A DNA stretch of 64,000 nucleotides from assembly GCF_023055435.1 (NCBI RefSeq), contig NW_025963835.1, positions 29,264,001 to 29,328,000 of the forward strand, in the 5' to 3' direction. This stretch comes from Haliotis rufescens (taxonomy: Eukaryota). The translations under genes and the position numbers were made by a program. The notes under the pieces were generated by a model that was not told where the DNA came from, made no database searches, and saw only the letters and a program-made list of their open reading frames with translations. Positions within the stretch are counted from its first letter, which is position 1, and each line of letters begins with the position of its first letter. Of this stretch, positions 13,543-27,480 are shown in pieces.

Positions 13543-14254
13543 TGTTATATGGCAGTGTATGTTATTGTTGAACAGTGATTGTAACTGTGTTAAATTGTTT
13601 TTGTTGAAATTCGGAAGACGCTCCTTGCATTGTGTTTGGACAGTGATTAGTCGTCAGGAATGTAGTACTATTTAAATTTAAGAAGTCGCCAGGAATATCC
13701 TATATTTAGATGCTAGAGTGATCTATAAACTTCCGGTATGCCGTGGACTCATGCAGAATATTTTGTAATGTTCTAGTGCCGCTGTACTGGTGAGTGCGCT
13801 GTGTACAGATTTCAAGTATTGAGTTAGGCTGTAAATAAGGGGACAAGAGCGTGTTTACGTATCTCTCACACATTTCATCACATCAAGACCGGCTTTCATG
13901 TGAGGATCACTCATCATCCTTGATTCGCTGTCTAGACCATCTCGGAAGCTTGACCAGTGTCGTTGCTGGGTGAATACATATTATTATCACTGACTTTTGC
14001 TATCACCACTGTATTCTTGTTTTTGATACTGACCACTGCCATGGTATTATGTATTGCCATTGAATATTGTACTACCACTATATTGTTTTCTGCCATTGCA
14101 ATGGCTGTGCAGTAATTTGTATTGATTTGTAAACGTTGTTAATGTTTGTAATACATTTGTTGATTGTATACCATTTGTCGGTTGTTTGTTGGTTTGACAC
14201 TAATTTCTATTACTTACACATTTCTGGGTTCAATTTGGGAATCGACAAGTAACA
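13543..14254. mobile_element. Probable solo LTR inserted into a tRNA-SINE; second copy 32159-32870
   Basis: Termini TGTTA...TAACA with 4-bp TSD-like flanks GTAC/GTAA. It splits a SINE body, with GGGACACCAGAAATGGGCTTCA on the left and CCATGTGGGGAATTGAAC on the right. Confidence 0.65.
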
Positions 14255-14989
14255 GTAACCATGTGGGGAATTGAACACAGCTTGTAACCACACAATCTCA
14301 CTGAATGTCAAAGATGTATGAATTGATTCCAATAAATGATATTTGTAAACTTGGAGACATGGCCTATTGATTTGAAATTAATAATATTTTAATTTATCGT
14401 CCATTATAATTGTATTCGTTTTTAGTTGTTGTCCTATAAAAGAAAATGAAATGGAACATTTCAATATAGACAGATTTCCTTTAACACGAAACTCAAGACA
14501 CATTATGCGATACGAGATATCCACACCAATGCATCGTTAAAGCACATGGCATTATTACCCTGGTCATGTTACCAGAGTGTATCGCAACATCATTCTCATC
14601 ATATATTCATACCACATGACCAGGTACTTAAAGTGATGTGTGTGGCTGCTTTGTATAAAGATGACGTTATGAAATATTCAAGACTCAATAGGTTGAATTA
14701 CAGTGTGATATGATGTATAACATTTATATAAGAAGCCACTTATATCAAATACAAGACTCCACACAACTGAATGGTATGCTTAAAGCGCAGGGTATTACTA
14801 CCCTGGTCTCCCTATCAAAGAGCATTCCATTATCATTATCATCATATATTTTTAACACATGACAAGGTAGTGTAGTTCAGCTGATGTTTTCGAAACCAAG
14901 CTGTTCCGATGTGATGGAATCAAATGGCACCATTGATAACTCCGTTGATGCAAGTGTACATCTATGGCAGAACATTCCCGACAGTCTGA

Positions 14990-15158
14990 TGGAGTGAGTG
15001 AGTGAGTATGGTTTAACGCCGCTTTTAGCAATATTCCAGCAATAACACGGCGGGGGACACCAGAAATGGGCTTCACACATTGTACCCATGTCGGGAATCG
15101 AACCCGGGTCTTCGGCGTGACGAGCGAACGCTTTAACCACTAGGCTACCCGACCGCCT
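14990..15158 (-). mobile_element. tRNA-derived SINE (family 1), full length, 10-bp TSD
   Basis: Sense head GGCGGTCGGGTAGCCTAGTGGTTAAAGCG (A box), GGTTCGATTCCC (B box), (CTCA)n tail. TSD GACAGTCTGA at 14980-14989 and 15159-15168. Empty site at about 33520. Confidence 0.92.
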
Positions 15159-15956
15159 GACAGTCTGACTAAGTCTATGTGAATGTTCTGTGAAGAACCA
15201 AATTGAATATACGTTACCATACAAAAACATCAAACACATCAACATCATTTGAAAGTAATAACATGTATTGATGTTTACCGAACATGCTTTTTCTTCACAG
15301 ACGATTGATTCTTTACTGGATGCTAGTGATATTTGAGTAGATTTGCCATATTGTGAAGGAGAGTTAAACATAATGTACCTGCTATAGACAAAGAGTTGGA
15401 GGCACGAAGGATGGCTGATGTTGACATGCATGTGGATGTTGTCGTACGTGAAGGTTGATGTTGTCATCCCCGTTGATGAAGTCGTACATGATGGCTGATA
15501 TTGTCATCCGTGTTGATGTAATTAAAGTAAACTGATATTGATCTCCCTGTAGATGTAGTCGTACGAGTGGTTGATGTCGTCCATGTGTTCGTTGTCGAAG
15601 GTGATGGAATCCCCATTGATGAAGTCGTACATGATGGCGAAGGTTGCAATCATGTCGATATAGTTGTACAGGGGAACCGATGTCGACCTCCCTGTAGATG
15701 TAGCTGAAGGTCAAGAAAAAGGTTGTTTGCGGTTATCGACAATCTTTGTGGAGTACGTTATTCATCCCCGAAACCAGAAGTGTGAGACAGATATATTAAT
15801 GGATGTTATGCTATTTCTGGAGTAAATGGATTTAATCTTGATTACACACCAGAAGTGATATGACATCTTGTGACTTCGCACCCTGCTCCTATCCCATCCT
15901 GTGTTGAAATTAATTCTACATTCCTATAGCATTATAAAAGTGTCATTTCTTTACAG

Positions 15957-16262
15957 ATAAAGACAAGTCTGTTAGTGTAATCTGAGTCATCAGGGACCGG
16001 AAGTGGGATACGGCCGTACCTGGTTTTGCACATGAACAAATGATGGCCTGTGTCTGGAATGTGTGTTGAGGATGTCAGTCAGTCCAGACAATGTTCTTTG
16101 TTTATATCACAGTCTGTTGGAGACACATCTTTATATTCATTACCGGACCATTAGTGCTTGTGTAGCGATCACAGTTCGGTGCAGTCCATGGATGTTTAAT
16201 GCTATCAGAATCCCGTGGTTAGTGTTGACCCATATCACACCCTCCACACATAACCTGTAAGA
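15957..16262. pseudogene. Degenerate exon-like cassette of an unidentified multicopy gene family (copies about 2545-2822, 7694-7985, 26160-26440, 38584-38890; inverted about 12213-12385, 30828-31000)
   Basis: All 8 differences between 15976-16017 and 26177-26218 fall in one codon phase. Splice-like TTACAG and GTAAG flanks. The copies I translated carry stops or indels. Confidence 0.45.
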
Positions 16263-19119
16263 TGTCACTTTCCAGCCGTCTACTTTCACGTCCTCAAGGA
16301 ATGGATTACATCATCTATTTCTTCTTCCATCGTGTTCTTCTGTTGAATTCAGAATAACGTCGCAAAGTTTGATGGTTTAGGTTTGTGTACAGCATGGGTC
16401 ACAGTTTTCGTGCAAATCTCTTTACAGTTTACCAGTTGATGATGGTTCATCGTGTCTCAAACCTTACCCTGGTGTCTGTGAACGTCAGGCCTGAGTCTAC
16501 TACAACTCATCACAAGATAACAGCCCCCTCAATGGCCAAGTTGTAAAACAAATACACAAGTTGTATAGTGTGTCGCCCTGCGTGGTTTTGTGCTGCGTGA
16601 TGTTCACTCTCATTACACGTAAATCTATTGCACGGTGTAGACACATCGTTTTCTGTTCGTGCATTGACATTTCTAAAATTAAACATGTTGTTTAAGATGT
16701 CGTGGAAACATTTGTAGGCCAAAAACGTTAACTAGCTTTTCTTCACATGCTGACGAGCCCTTACACATAGTGTAAGCGATCTTCAATGTCCAAACTGTTA
16801 AATCTATTTACACTGTTCTGGGGACCATGGAAGATATACTGACTTATCTGTGGGTCGGGACAAGCGGAGTGCCAACATCAGGCAGCAGTTAATGAATTGC
16901 ATGTTGATGAAGTTCACTGTATCTAAAACAACAGTTTTCCGAGAAAATCGACGAACTTGACGGACTGTAGTACATTTAAAGAGTGCATACATTGTCATCG
17001 CCATGTCCTTTCTGGCTGTTCATCTTATAGAAGCTCTGAAGTCCATTATGCATTGGTTTTGGGAAAGATGACATGTCGACAATTCGACCATTTACAACCT
17101 GTGATGTGCCTTTAATGTAACAAGTCTTTGAAACGCATTCAGAAGTTATACACATAAGGAAGAGAATTTATGGATGTCAGCTTCTTTATTATGAATATCA
17201 CAACGTTTCGGGGTATATACTTACTCCTTCATCAGGTGAATAAATGTTATTAGGCCTCAAAGGCGTTGACACTCATAAATTCTCTTCATTTAATGTGTCG
17301 TTTTGTGTGAGATATGGTCAGATGTGGTCAACATTCAATAGCAGAACTGTTGATGTCGACTCCAACGCCATAGGTCGTGGGTGTCATCGATATTAATGGA
17401 CGCTATCCACAGCACTTTAATCTCATCACTTCAGTGGGCGGAACTTGTCTTTTAGGCTTGGGAAAGAACATATTTGTAATTTGGTGAGTGAAAAGGTCAT
17501 CGGAACCTCAAATCATATTTCTTTTAAATGTCAAGTATGCCAAAGAAATCTCAATTCATTCAAATAACTTTAGGAATTGTAAAACGTTGTTGAAAATGTC
17601 ATGAATGTCACCGAAATATCAATTGAGGAAAATAGTTGTGGATGTTTTAAAATGTTACACAGGGATTTATTGATTTTAAGCTTTATGGTGTTTAAAAGAT
17701 CTTTTAGTTATATTTTACATTTGCGTTTCTTACTTTTGTGATTAATGCTTACATAGGGCAGATGCGTACGTTGCTATCTTGTAAATAGGATGCTTCAGAA
17801 TATGCGTTTCAATATGAGTGTGTGCGTGCATGCGTTTGTGTGTGTATGCATGCATGTAAGTTTGTCAGGAGTGACGATATCGCCACTAAGCGAGTCAGCT
17901 CCTATGTCAGTATCGATCGTGAAGTGATTGACGTCCAGATTATTAAATGTACATTGAAGTGTTAGTGCTAATCCAGGAGAGACATGATTTATTTCCTTTT
18001 CGACAATCTTAGCCAAGACAGCTTTGCGTATAGGCCTCCAGATCACCTGAGTGTCTGAGGTGAGACGTCTCCAGCCGATCGTGGTTGTGGGAAGCGCTAA
18101 CATGAAATCACATTTCAGCTGAGGAAGCAAAGTGGGAAATGTCTTGTGAGCAGGAACTCTCATGTGATGGCAGCATGAGGTTATTTGAACTGATAACATA
18201 TATTGATGCTTGCCGTTTTTTCGATATTCGCTTGTTTATTCGTGCAAGCTTGGCCTATACAGAACGTATCTCAGTGATAGTTGATATTTCACTGTCACTG
18301 TTAGGGTGAGTGATGGATAAGTAGGGTATATACCACTCCATGGTCGAGGCACAAGCAGTTCATGCTGCATTACTCACGCACATTTATGTGCCTGTCTACC
18401 CTTGGAGATACTGGAGCTTCACATTATGTTTTAAGTCTCATTTCACAAACTAACATAAGATGTAACTCATTCATCAGTACGAAGAGCATAAAATAAGAGT
18501 AGGGCACAAATACAGTGGACTTACAATTGTAAAGAGTTATACATAATGTACTTGTTAACAGTGCATGCATTGAGTTACATAGCTCAGAGAGCCGATGGAG
18601 TCGCAATTGATACCTGTTGTGAACCCCGTAGATGAAGTCGTACTTGATGACTGATAGTGCCATCCCCGTTTATGTAGTCGAACGTGATGACTGATGTTGT
18701 CATCCCCGTTGATGTTGTCGTAGGTGATGGCTGATGTTGTCATCCCGTTGTTGTAGTTGTACGCGATGGCTGTGGGCATTTGCAGTACTCATTCCCTGTT
18801 CCAGGGTAACGTGATGGAACAAAGGGAGCACATTGTGTGTGATCATATCCTCACTTAGGTATGTAAAATACAAGTGACAAAACTCTTTCCATAATAACAA
18901 GAAATAATTGACAAACATACGCATGTGTTTATGAATCAATAATAGTGATGATACCAGTCAGTGTTCACTAAAACGTGAGCATATCCTATCCCGTCGGTGG
19001 CAGCCCAAACACATGCAATGGCAAATCAGTTACTCCAGAGGTACAAGAAAGACTTGTTTGTATCCTGAAAAACAGAAGTAGTTGTAATATGTTTGACGAG
19101 TGGACATAGAATACCCTAA

Positions 19120-22100
19120 CAGTCTACACTTTCAGTAGGGCATTCCCCATTTTCTTCATTTTCCCGCGTTTTAATGGCCTCGTTTGAGAATGCGAAATGT
19201 GATATCTGAAACTGGCCCATAAGAGAGATAAGCATTCCGCTTGATGACATCTAGTTCAACCGCCCCAGGAAGGCAGAGTGTAACACACAAACATGGTATC
19301 CTGCTTTGTCTGCTGATATGTAGGTTAGTACATTCGTCAAAGAATAACACAAATGCAATATACTTCAGTATCTTTTAAATGTTATTATCACAGATAGAAT
19401 CAAACTGTTATGTAGGTGACAGGTTGTCAGGGAAATCATAATGTTTGTGTTACATTTGTTAATTATGCTAAATAATACACAAGGATACTATGTATTAACA
19501 CGGACATGTGTATCTGTTAAAAGAATACATGTAATATATTTAGTTGTGTCAACAAGATAGTCCAACAATGCACAAACCTCAACCAGGGCAAAATTTCCAT
19601 TTTTGTTTTCAAAATTCCTCTCCACTATCACTGGACAATAGTTGGTACTCCTCATTAGGAATATTTAAGTAGTCTCCATCAAAATTTGTGTTAAAATCAT
19701 CCCATTCATAGTCTAATGTCGTGTCTGAATCACAGTCAGTACTTTTAGAAACTATACTTTCTGTATCTGAGTTTTCATTTTGAGAAATTTTACTTTCCAC
19801 TTGACATTTTTGACATGTGCCTCCATTACGGTGTGGGTTCATGCATTGAGGACCACCCTTGCAATAACACAAAGATGTACATGGTTTACACATCTTACAA
19901 CAGTTTTTACACCCTCTTCCAGAAAGTGCACACATATTTTTATCTGATTTACAACCACATCTTGATGCAGGCAGAGGTCTTTTCTTTGTGAGCATACGCT
20001 TACTTTGCTCTAAATTAACATCCCATTCCACTATTACCTGGCCATTGTTGTTTTTATGCCAAAAATTACTAAAACATTCAGAATAGGTTTCTGAGAATGG
20101 CTTAACACTCTGAATGGCCATTGTCAAAATAAAATTCCCTCGTTTTCTGTGTAAATTAAGAGCACTTTCTGTTGGAGGTATATGCCTATACAAATCTTTA
20201 GAGCCATGATTAGAAAAGTAACAGACTCTGCGAGTAAAATCAAGCCAACCTGCTTCACTGGCCCGATTAGCACAATTTTGTTCCAAATTATATCCTAGCC
20301 ATTCAAGGAGATGTTTAGTGTCTGCATTATAATTACTATTTGCTACTTTAAAAGAGGTAAGCAGTGATGCAGGGTCATTATGTATGTGGCGGTAAAGCTG
20401 AGTATATTTCTCCAAATAGGTGCAGCAAATAAGCCTGATGTATGCTGTGTGAGATATTTCAACTGAATTATCTCTGAGTGATACCATTTCCAACTTATCA
20501 TTCACTTCATTTATGAAATTCACATATTTAAAAAAACAGGCGAAAAATCGTTGATAAGTTATACCATAAAAGTTACTGATACAATCCGACCCACTTAAAA
20601 GATAGATCATCAGTAGAATAGTACATGTTGTTTCCTCCTTCTGGAAGCTCTCATAATGTTGAATTAAATATACTCCATCATTAATTGAGACATATTCTCT
20701 GTTCAACACAAGTTCTATGGCAAAACATTTTTCTAATGAACATTCCAAAAGTCCCAATTCGAAAAGGGACAGACCATACATCCAAATATCAGTGTCACTT
20801 GCAATTATTAAAATCTGATTGCAGCACGATTGTGCTGCATGAAACCACACACCACAATCAGCTTCACCTTTATTATTTTCTCTGCATCTGGAAACAACAC
20901 CATCTTTAATGATGGGGAGTCAATAATTAAGGATTTACCTGAGCATTCTTTCGCTTTAGAGATAAATTGCTGGCATACAAATGAAATAAGCTGTTTTTTA
21001 AAGCCATGATGTTGTAATGCACTTACATATTCACTTCCATGACATATACTGCCTTCTTCATCAATAACAATTTTGTCAAGATTTTGAATGTTTGTTTTGC
21101 TTTTCTGTCGTCTTTCTGAATGCAGTTTTGATCTTATTTGAGGAAAGAAATCTGGCTTATCTATCACAATAGTGACGACATCTGCGCCCCTCTCAAAACC
21201 TAATCGTAGAATGACATGGGACCAATAATATGTTGCCAGTTGACCATAAGTGACAATATCTGGTGGAGTTGGTTCATGGATGAATTTTAGAAAATCTATG
21301 ATAACCTCATTCTTTGTCATGAACATGTTAAATGGAATACTTGTTTTGAACATTGCCATGATTGATTCATATTTCTTTAAAACATCCTTGAACTTACTCT
21401 TTGATCTAGCCCTCATTTCACCAAATTCATCACATAGAGCTAATGGATATTCAACAGTTTTATCTAAATAATGACCACATTTTTGAAGTTGTGAATATGC
21501 TCTCTTTAATAACAAACTAACCTTGCCAAGTTTTGTGTTTTGGGTTCGGGGGGTTGTTGTCCTCTTTGAGAACGTTTTTAATTTCCTATTCTTTGGGGAT
21601 TTGGGCATTTCAAGAGGTGGCTGCATTAAATGTTGACGAATGTATGTCTTCATTCTAGTTGATCCTTCTTCACTAACTCTTAGGAGATCATTCCTTACTT
21701 CATTATCCAATTCAATTGCTTTGTCTGAAAACATGTTCTTAAGTTTCCTTGGTTCTGCTGATAATTTGAATAAACTGCATGCCTTCACATGTGGATAAAT
21801 TGCTTTTAAATAGTCAACCCTACTTGCATCACTCTGTCTAGGTTTACTTTTATATCTGAATAATATCATCTGGAATAGATGCACTACTTTATCCAAGTAT
21901 GCCACAAAGTTTGCCAAAGTTACAGTTCTATGCTCAGAGGCTCTGGTTGTTATCTCTTTGAGTCTCTTGTTTATAACCTGTTCATGTCCCTCATCTAATG
22001 CAACATTATGAAAAGGAATACCAGACAGACTTAGTATCCATTCTCCAGCATTAAAATGTTGACAAACATTGGATGGCAAACATAATACGTCATTGATCGT

Positions 22101-25100
22101 TTGACATGATAATTCTCCATATTTGTTCTGAGAATAAGAAAAGAACAGCTCAGTTAAAATTGGCAAACAAATATTTCTCAGCTGAAAGTTTCCTGAACGA
22201 ATAGCAAAGTAGTATCCTGTGTACGCATTGAGAAATCTAAATGATTGTGCCCAAAACCGACTCACTTCATCTAAATTTGCTGATGACGACTTATTTTCTA
22301 TCCATTCTTAAGAGATAAATCAGTGCGTTGATTTCCCTCTTGAATATCATTCAAAGCTTCACAGACCAATGATTCATGGAGTGCAGAAAGCATATTATGA
22401 ATATCTCTCCATTGTATAATATCTTTCATATGTTTACATACTTTACATAAGTTTTGAAGTCCCCCATCCCACAACATGTCTCTAAGAGTTTCAGCTGCAT
22501 TTTTTAGTAAGTGCCAATCGCCAGGAACAGGAGTAATCCATTGGAATGTACCAGGATATTTTTTCATCAATTTTTCACAATTGCATATGTCTGCTGGTCA
22601 CCTCCAACAACCACATTATTTGGATATCCTTCTTCACCTATTTTCAGATCTTGTTTCAATTTAATAAGATACTTTGGTACATCTGTTATGCTTGATGCTT
22701 GTGCTGTTTCGACTGTAGCATAGGCAACATTATCCCCTGATGCTGGTGTGAAGTCAGGCATTGTATTTCTCAAATCTTGCAATAACGTTGTTTGCTGGCA
22801 GTCAATGGTTCCTGTTATCCGAAGTCTGCAATGATGTCCCAAATGTTGTTGGTATCGAATCCAGGAATTGTCAGGTAGGTTAATATCACCACTGAAACTA
22901 TTTTCATCAATTGTGACATGTTCCTGGTTTGGCACATGAATAATTTCATGGTCCGACACACACACACTTTCCTGTGTGTAACTTGGCCAGTTATAAGATT
23001 CAACATTCTTCCCAAAACTTCACTACAACTTGAAAATGTTTTTGCAAACTTTCTCTTGAAATTTAGATTGCCAAAGGTAATCCTCCAAAATGCAGATTTA
23101 TTAATTTCATCAGTAACTGTTCTCTTCTTAGACCACAAAGCTGCTTCCTGCCTAATAACATTTACTCCCCATGATAATCCCATTGCATTCAAAATATCAA
23201 ATCCCTTGTCACGTAACCCACAAGCATATGCTGAAAGTCCAACCAATATTTGGACTAAAAGTACTTTAGGGTTTCGAATATTGCACATAATGCCAATGAT
23301 AGTTTGAATCTTTAATCTCTGTTTGTGTAGGTTTTTCTCTGTTGTTTTATCGCGTATTAAGACCTCTTCTAAAAAGTGTACTAATGGCGAATGTAAATAG
23401 GTGTCAAGGAAATATGGTGGTTCGTTTTCTTCGTGATGATCTAAAACACTTCGAAAGTCAACTGTTAGATATTTATTACACATAAGCTCCGTTTGAATGT
23501 CAATCATACTCTTTATATCACGGATTGTGGTAGATCCTTCTCTTGGTGCTTCTTGTTTCATTCGAAGTTTAAAATTGTCTTGTACAATTTCATATATGCA
23601 CTTAATGGATGAATCATTAAAAACATACAACATGGTCCCACAAGTCCTAGAATCATTATAAGAGCTTATATCCACACATTTTCGTATCTGGTTTGCAAGA
23701 TAATTTTCAAATCTTTTCACAAGAGTTTGTTGGTCAGATGAATCTGGCAAAGTTTGTCGAAAGGCATTAACAAATGAACTTCTCATTTTTTAACCATTCT
23801 TCACGTCTGTTATGCAGTTTTTGGTATATTCGGCAAATTTTCTTCTGAATGGAATACGTGACCTTAAATCATTTTCAAATTGAACTTTTGTGCTCTCCTC
23901 TTTCAATAAATCGAAACTACATTAACAACAAATCCAGTCATCTTCAGAACATTTCATGCCATGTATGTCTTCAATTCGATCCTTAACATTGTCAACAAAT
24001 GTCCAGTCTTTACTATCTTTACAATAGCAAATACAGCATTTGCGTTTCTGATTTTTATGATATAATTCCATGTAATGTCGTTTACATAAGACACTAGAAG
24101 TTTTCAATGTTGCCAAGAATTCTGGTCGAGAAATTTCATAGTACTTTTGCCAAATATTTAATGATATATCCAGTAACCACACATCAAAGTTTAGAAATTG
24201 TGATGTGTCCTTACATTGAAATGTTGATTGGCTGGAATCATTATGACAGACTGGGCAATGTCTTTCCTGTTCCGAATCTTTTGTTAATAATTTTGACCAT
24301 CTTGGCTTCTGTCCATCTTGATGTGTTCCAGCATTTTTCATACAGTCCATGTAACAGGCATTACACATGCAACTATCTTCATCCAGGTGTATTCTGTAAC
24401 CACCATATGAAAGATAAGCACTGAACACTTCTGCTCTGACTAAAGGGTATCTTGCCTTTTTTACTATATGGTGATGGGAATGTTTTGGGTTTTTTCCAAG
24501 TTGTACCCAGATACTGCACATGGGGGATGGCTCGGCACCAGCTTTGTCACATTTTTTATGCCTTTTAGGCTGATCAGGACCTTGTGGCATATAATTATCC
24601 TCATGAGATGGTGTTTGTTGGTTTGATACTTGTGCCTTCCGTTTTCCACAACAGGTACCCTCTTCTGATGTTTGTGGAGTGTTATTTTTATATGTTTCCA
24701 CTCCTCCAGGTGTAGAAATTGTGGCACAGATCAGTGAAAATATCCAAACACACAGTATGAATGGAAATGTACATGTGAAACAAATAGTACTGATTATGTT
24801 CCAAACACGGCACAGTATAAACACAGGCAGACAATATCTTGTGGTCTTGACTGCTAAAAGTTTAAAACAACACAGAAATAAAACCAAACATCCAAAATTT
24901 GAAATTCCACAATTGTACACGATAAAATTCACATTTTGCCAACACAAAGGCGATAAAGTCCCAAAGTCTTCGTATATTTCACCAGCTTTTTCTTTTGGTG
25001 TTAGTCTGTGATGACTTACATCTGCACATGTATAGATATTATGCCACGTTTGGAAGACAAGGAGTACAATGCAAACTGTATATACAGATGATAATTTCAT

Positions 25101-26129
25101 ATCTGTATGTTTAAAAATATATCACTTTCTTAATCCAATCAAGAAACAATAAAGAGAAGTATCTCCCTGCTATTACCTTGCAATATAAGCAAAAAATGTA
25201 CGGCAATTTGGAGCAGACGACAGTTTTCCATTTCCAACCAATCCGGCGTCTCGGTTTGGTCACGTGACCTAAACACTTCATTATGGGGGCAGAATCAACT
25301 AGTGGCTTCTGAATGTTTTTCTTCAATTGCACAGGATACAAGTGTCAATACAATTTAATAAACTGTTTACTTAATTTTCCCACAAGACTGTAGTAATGAC
25401 AGTTTGTTTTTAGCACTTGTGAGATAGAAAGATCCTGGACAAGAAGTATGTGACCCTCCAGTCACATCGTTTATCCCTAATGAAGAACTGTCCATTTGAA
25501 TAGATGATATCATGATATTTACACAAAACAATGCCGATATATTTGACCTAGGGTGACAGGTCTTTCACCATGATCATAGATACCAGCGATAAAGTGTAAA
25601 CTGTTGACACACAGTGAATTCCAGAACCAGCTTTTTCTGAATGAAATGATCCAGAAAGGGTGATGCTCTTTAACCAACCAGATTGGTACACTATACTAAA
25701 GCTCCACCTTTTTCAGTGATTGACTCTCTTCCAAATACACCAACAACCAATACAAAATGTTAAATAATGCCTTATATGGCTTGAGATAGAAAGATCCTGG
25801 TATTGAACTTGAACTACAGTGAAAAACTGTACAACCGGAAGTGTGAACATATTACTTTTGGACCGTTTACTGGAGCTAGGCCGTATCATTACTTCAGGAT
25901 AATTACTGATAATTGGAGGTGGACCTATGATGAATTCATATGTAAAAAAGTAAGGGCTTCTTTTATTTTAACTTCTAAGTAAATGAGATATTTCTGATGA
26001 CACCACTTTCTTGTTGATCAGTGGTGTTTCAGCCTGGTATCAAATTACATTCTCCATAGGCGCTGTAGAACCAGAACGAGGCGGGATTCCCCTGCTATAA
26101 GCAGGCTTTACTACTGAAAGTGTAAGCTG
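19120..26129 (-). mobile_element. Academ superfamily (AcademX-type) DNA transposon, 7010 bp
   Basis: TIRs CAGTCTACACTTTCAGTAG (19120-19138) and CTACTGAAAGTGTAAGCTG (26111-26129). TSD TAA at 19117-19119 and 26130-26132. Empty site AATAACCTAAATTCC in the paralog at about 38548. CA...TG termini, 3-bp TSD and transposase + XPG + Cys-rich architecture fit Academ. Confidence 0.85.
19609..25100 (-). pseudogene. Decayed Academ protein: N-terminal Cys/His motifs, DDE-type transposase, XPG/FEN-like nuclease, C-terminal Cys-rich (CXC-like) domain
   Basis: Six ORF-track pieces join through 2 in-frame stops (about 23923 and 23791) and 4 frameshifts. Motifs: ITFGNLN (normally DN), GGDQQT, PGDWHLLKN, ALDEGHEQVIN, YPLAL, IIDF, VIDKP, GEAD (alternative frame, about 20860), SDTDIW, SGSDCISNFYG, IPPTESALNLHRKR, CGCK..C..C..CC..CKPCTSLCYCK..CMN. 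Confidence 0.85.
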
Positions 26130-27171
26130 TAAATACCTATAGGTTCATTTTATTACATAAAAAGCAAGTTTGTTTGTGTAACCTCAGCCATCATGGCCCG
26201 GAAGTGGGTTAAGGACGTGCCTGTTCCTTGCTCATGAGCTGCTGTTTGGCACGTGGGTTTAGTATATCAGTCACTCAAACAAAGTATTTCTGACATCACC
26301 TCTGAATCTCCCGAGACACACCATATGTTTATATGTATTATCTGGCCGGGGTACTGGATTACAGCTCCGTGCAGTCAATGGATGTTTGACACTGTCAGAC
26401 TCGCGTGGTAAATGTTGTGACACGTGTCACATCCGTCAAATGTGTATTTCACTACAAATATCTACTTTCACGTCTTTAAGGGATAGGTTGGCTCTTACAT
26501 GTTAATTAATAGATATCCTTTCCTTCTTCCACTATATACTTCCGTTCAATTCAGATGACACTTCCTATTTTGATTGCGTCATTTTGTATATACAGCATTG
26601 GTCACAGTATTCGTGCAAATCTCATTTACAGTTTACCTGACGTTGATGATGATTCATCGTGTCTCAAACCCAACCCTGGTGTCTGCGAACGTGAAGCAGA
26701 ATCTTCTGCGGCACATCACAAGGTAACAGTCTCCCAATAGCCAGGTTGTAAAACAAATACACAAATTGTGTCAATGTGTATTGGCTTTGTGCCGAATAGT
26801 TGAACACATCAACACCATGTGTGCTGTTGGGACGGGGATATTGTTGTATCGTAGATTAATCTGACACTAATGTGGCACAAAAAGATGTTTCAAATGAACT
26901 TTAATTTGAAGAGCAGTTGCTGACGGTCCTTCTAAATAACGTCCGGGATCCGGAAGCGTTCGGGAACGTCAGGTAGAATGATACTAGTGGGTGAGTGAGT
27001 GAGTGAGTGAGTGAGTGAGTGAGTTTGGTTTTACGCCGCTTTTACCAATATTCCAGCAATATCACAGTGGGGGACACCAGAAATGGGCTTCATACATTGG
27101 AATGATACAAAGTAACAAAGTGTATTCAATATAATTGTGTCATTAATGAGGATGGCAAACCCCCTCCTCCC

Positions 27172-27480
27172 TTGAATCACGAATACCATCTAATTATTCA
27201 CTCTGAGACTCATGGCTCACCTCTGAATCCCGAATACTATAAAGATATTGTGAATCTCATTACCGAAGCCCAAGCCCTAGTTTCCATTTTGCCTGAACTG
27301 GCTGTTACTTACAAACCGAACAGCGTGACCACAAGTTATGTCGATGATATTGATGTGTCAGTTATACAACAGTATGCTGGTAAGATGCCGGAAACTCTAC
27401 AGAAGGTGACAGGAAACGGTAACTGTCTGTCAGTGTTTGTGTCTCTGGATCAGAAATCAGAGCCACAGAACTGCAAGTGA
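27172..27480 (+). pseudogene. Fragment with OTU-like/vertnin-like motif, probably transposon-derived; partial copy about 8720-8870
   Basis: KVTGNGNCL resembles the VxGDGNCL catalytic-Cys motif of OTU-like domains. Short and truncated. Confidence 0.35.

Noticed and set aside
16714-16765. Hammerhead-like CTGACGAGCCC core (also about 36531)
   Set aside because: No GAAA in the required position (AGGCCAAAAAC instead) and stems I/III cannot be formed convincingly.
24720-25100. Hydrophobic, membrane-protein-like N-terminus of ORF 23922-25100
   Set aside because: Low-complexity TG-rich sequence. It may be UTR or intron read in frame, so a transmembrane transposase is not supported without other copies or transcripts.
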